This document shows positions 61,350 through 64,000 of a DNA stretch of 64,000 nucleotides, one piece after another; the stretch's first letter is position 1, and every line of letters begins with the position of its first letter. Position numbers and translations under genes: made by a program. The notes under the pieces are model-generated. The model had not been told where the DNA came from. It searched no databases and worked only from the letters and a program-made list of their open reading frames with translations. The stretch is from contig OZ336875.1 of NCBI GenBank assembly GCA_965287045.1, positions 99,448,001 to 99,512,000 of the forward strand, read 5' to 3'. Source of the DNA: Carcharhinus amblyrhynchos. Taxonomy: Eukaryota.

Positions 61350-62991
61350 GGCATCTGTCCTGAATTTGCTTTTCATTAGTTTGATCATATGATATTTTAA
61401 CTTTTGTCGTGGTTTATATTTGAAGAAATGTTCTAGGTTTATGGATTGTAATGTTTTTATCCTATATCTTTGTACATCAACTCCATTTGTCTTCTCTCAA
61501 GAACACATTTCCTGAGTTGTTCCCTTTAACTTGGTTCTCTGATGCCAAGGGATCGATGCTGTATCTGCTTTCTGAACTCCATCCAAGATTTTATTCTTCA
61601 TTTCTCTTAGTGACCAGAATTGGACATGACATTAAAGCTGCTATCTTGACCAGAGCTCTCCACAGTCTGAGCATGACTCCCACCACTTGTTTCCTACTCT
61701 CTCATCTAAGTAGTTCAGAAATATGTTTGTGTTATTGATTGTTGCTATGCTGAGATGGAGAACGTGCTGGATTTACTGGAACCCCGAAGTATTTTTTAAC
61801 TTCACCCTTAACAATTTTGCCAACATTTGTGTAGCGTTTGCACCATTTCGTTTCTCTGCCTTTTTGCACTTATTCTGTTAAATTGCATCGGTTATTGTTC
61901 CACTGTTTTTTTGGACTCATTTTATGTAAATTCCTTCTGTAAACGTAATTGCCCTCTGACATGAAATTGTAGAGTTCCTGCAGCGCTAACCACTGTGCCA
62001 CCATGCTGCCCTCTGTAGAAAGTTCAATTCCCATCTTGGTAGCTGGAAGAATTTCCAACGGGATGGTGATGAGGTGTTGGTGTGAATGCTGGGTCGGGGG
62101 TATGGAGAGGAGCCTCAGGGGTCTCAGTGGTGGGACGGGGGAGGGTTATTGCACTTTTGATCAGGGCACCCTTTAAAGACGACGTCTCAATCTCTGCAGC
62201 TGAGTTTTGCTGACACATTAGGTCCTGTCCCTCCCTCTAAGGCAGCATGAGTCATGTCCCCTTGTTTTTTTGGCAGTGTGGTGGAATCTGGAGACTAAAC
62301 CGACCAGTTTCACTGGACAGAAAGCAACACGCTGCCATTTTTTCGGGCAGATTTCACTCAAGATAGTGGAGCAAGTTATGTCGGATCAATGTACCAACGT
62401 CCTTCCAGGAATTTGCATATCTGCCAGATACCCTATCAAATTGGCAGGAAGGCATTTGACACTGTATCACATAATCAACTGGCAAATTCTAACTCATTCT
62501 TTGCAAGGCGTTTAATTGTTAATTTTTGTTTTCCCACATAAATTTGGTCCAGCTGGCCTAAAAAAAAACAAGTTAGTTAAGGACATAGTTCTTTCAGAAT
62601 ATTGAAGTTGATGGAATGGAATATTTATTGAAAAAAACCAAGTGTTTTTTAACTAAACCTGCTGTTGCTGAGGATTTCTTTTATTCATCAATTTCTTTGA
62701 ATGAATGAGCACAACAATGAAGGCAGGTTATCTATATAAGATTGAGCAAAGCATTTCATGCCTTGTTAGCATTTCCACATATGTATGTTAAATATTTAAC
62801 CATCTTTGAACAACAGAACTTAATGGTTTAGTGGTGATACACTGTCACTAATATTATTTCACAGTGGGTTTTACTCTTAACACTTTCGTCAAACCACCAC
62901 TTTGTGAACTATATGTAGTCTACAGTTGTTAATTTAAGATATCATGTTTAAATATTATTTAATGCATTGATTTTATTGTTTCTGTTTGTAG

Positions 62992-63175
62992 ATATTACTT
63001 TCCTACCTATGAAAATGATGCTCTGCTATGCTCGCTATCTGACTGTGAGAGTGAATCTGTCGCTGACAACCAGATAACCAACATTCCCGTCATAGCAGAA
63101 GATATTTCAGACTTGCAAGCTTTAAAAAAAAGCAGTATTCTAAATTCCCTGCAGCATTCAGATACCAAGAACTAA
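62992..63175 (+). CDS. ZNF277: ZNF277 exon 12 (YYFPTYENDALLCSLSD...DTKN stop)
   Basis: tttgtag acceptor; TAA at 63173-63175; spliced CDS totals 1308 nt (435 aa). Confidence 0.97.
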
Positions 63176-64000
63176 CATTCACTTTTTCTCAGTACAGAAA
63201 GAAATATCCACAATTTAATAGCAAAAACTCCTAGCAATCTACTGGTATAATGGCCTCATCAAAATACCATGCCAATTTTAACCTTACTGGGGTAACTAAT
63301 TTATTTTTCTGGTGAAGAAAACAGAAATTCTGGTAGGTAGTACCATTGATGAGTGTTTGTACACTTGAAGTTGATCGAACAATACATGAGCAACAAAGCT
63401 GCATGATAATCACAAAGTACTGCTCTCGTTTATACGAGAACAAAATAACTTTTGAAGTAATTTATTTTATTGTAGTGTGTCAGATATTTTAATCTTTCTC
63501 ATTGAGTTTGTGGATTGCTTCTCCCTTCACCCCAGATAAGGAGAGGAAGGTGAAAGAATGCCTCAGCTCCAGAGATTCAAATTATGCTCAAATTATGTTG
63601 GTGATTTGCCGGATGTTGAAATGAAGAATTAAATTTAAAGTTTTTTTTTAAACTTCCATTGTCTGCCCACCTTTTGGGACAGTTGCAGTCATTATTTAGC
63701 AGGGCAGTTTTCTGCAGTACTGCAGCAGTTTTGTGAATGAAGTGAAAAGTTATTTTTAACAACAGAATACCTTAAACATGGCAGCATTTTTTTTAAACTT
63801 GCTAATTTAACATGTTTGCATGAATTCCTAACTTTGCTGCACAAAGTTGTGAACTCACTCGAGATAACAAATTTTAAAATATCACAGGCAAGAGGAATGA
63901 AAAAGGTCCTGAAAACGTATGTGGTACGGCACATATGGAAAACAGTTTACCATTGTAATTAAATGTTACTGTCATTTTACACTGTAGATGGAAAGTGTTG

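Noticed and set aside
1-64000. CRISPR arrays, operons or prokaryotic defence systems
   Set aside because: The sequence is intron-rich vertebrate DNA with no regularly spaced repeats and no long ORFs.

Overview
This is vertebrate genomic DNA, almost certainly from a cartilaginous fish: the repeats include HE1-like V-SINEs, SacSINE1-like DeuSINEs and CR1 3' ends. Two genes sit head-to-head at a CpG island near 19.8-20.3 kb. On the minus strand is coding exon 1 of DOCK4 (MWIPTDNEKYGV, 19695-19731), so bases 1-19694 appear to be DOCK4 intron 1. On the plus strand is a complete 12-exon ZNF277 gene (20179-63175; 1308 nt spliced, 435 aa, five C2H2-type fingers, all GT-AG with consistent phases). The 447-bp gap between the start codons holds three ACTACAnnnCCC (ZNF143/THAP11-type) motifs. 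The introns are full of SINE, LINE, Penelope-like and MITE relics. Less ordinary observations are: (i) clusters of exon-like blocks with very short introns (15.3-16.4 kb minus; 3.0-5.6, 8.2-9.2 and 33.3-37.4 kb plus) that may be decayed spliced genes of unknown, possibly transposon, origin; (ii) a templated insertion plus fold-back inversion whose before and after states are both preserved (8.0 and 10.6 kb); (iii) SINE tail swapping; (iv) inverted young CR1 copies flanking ZNF277 exons 7-9. All family names come from recalled sequence, not database searches, and repeat boundaries are approximate. No prokaryotic systems are evident.
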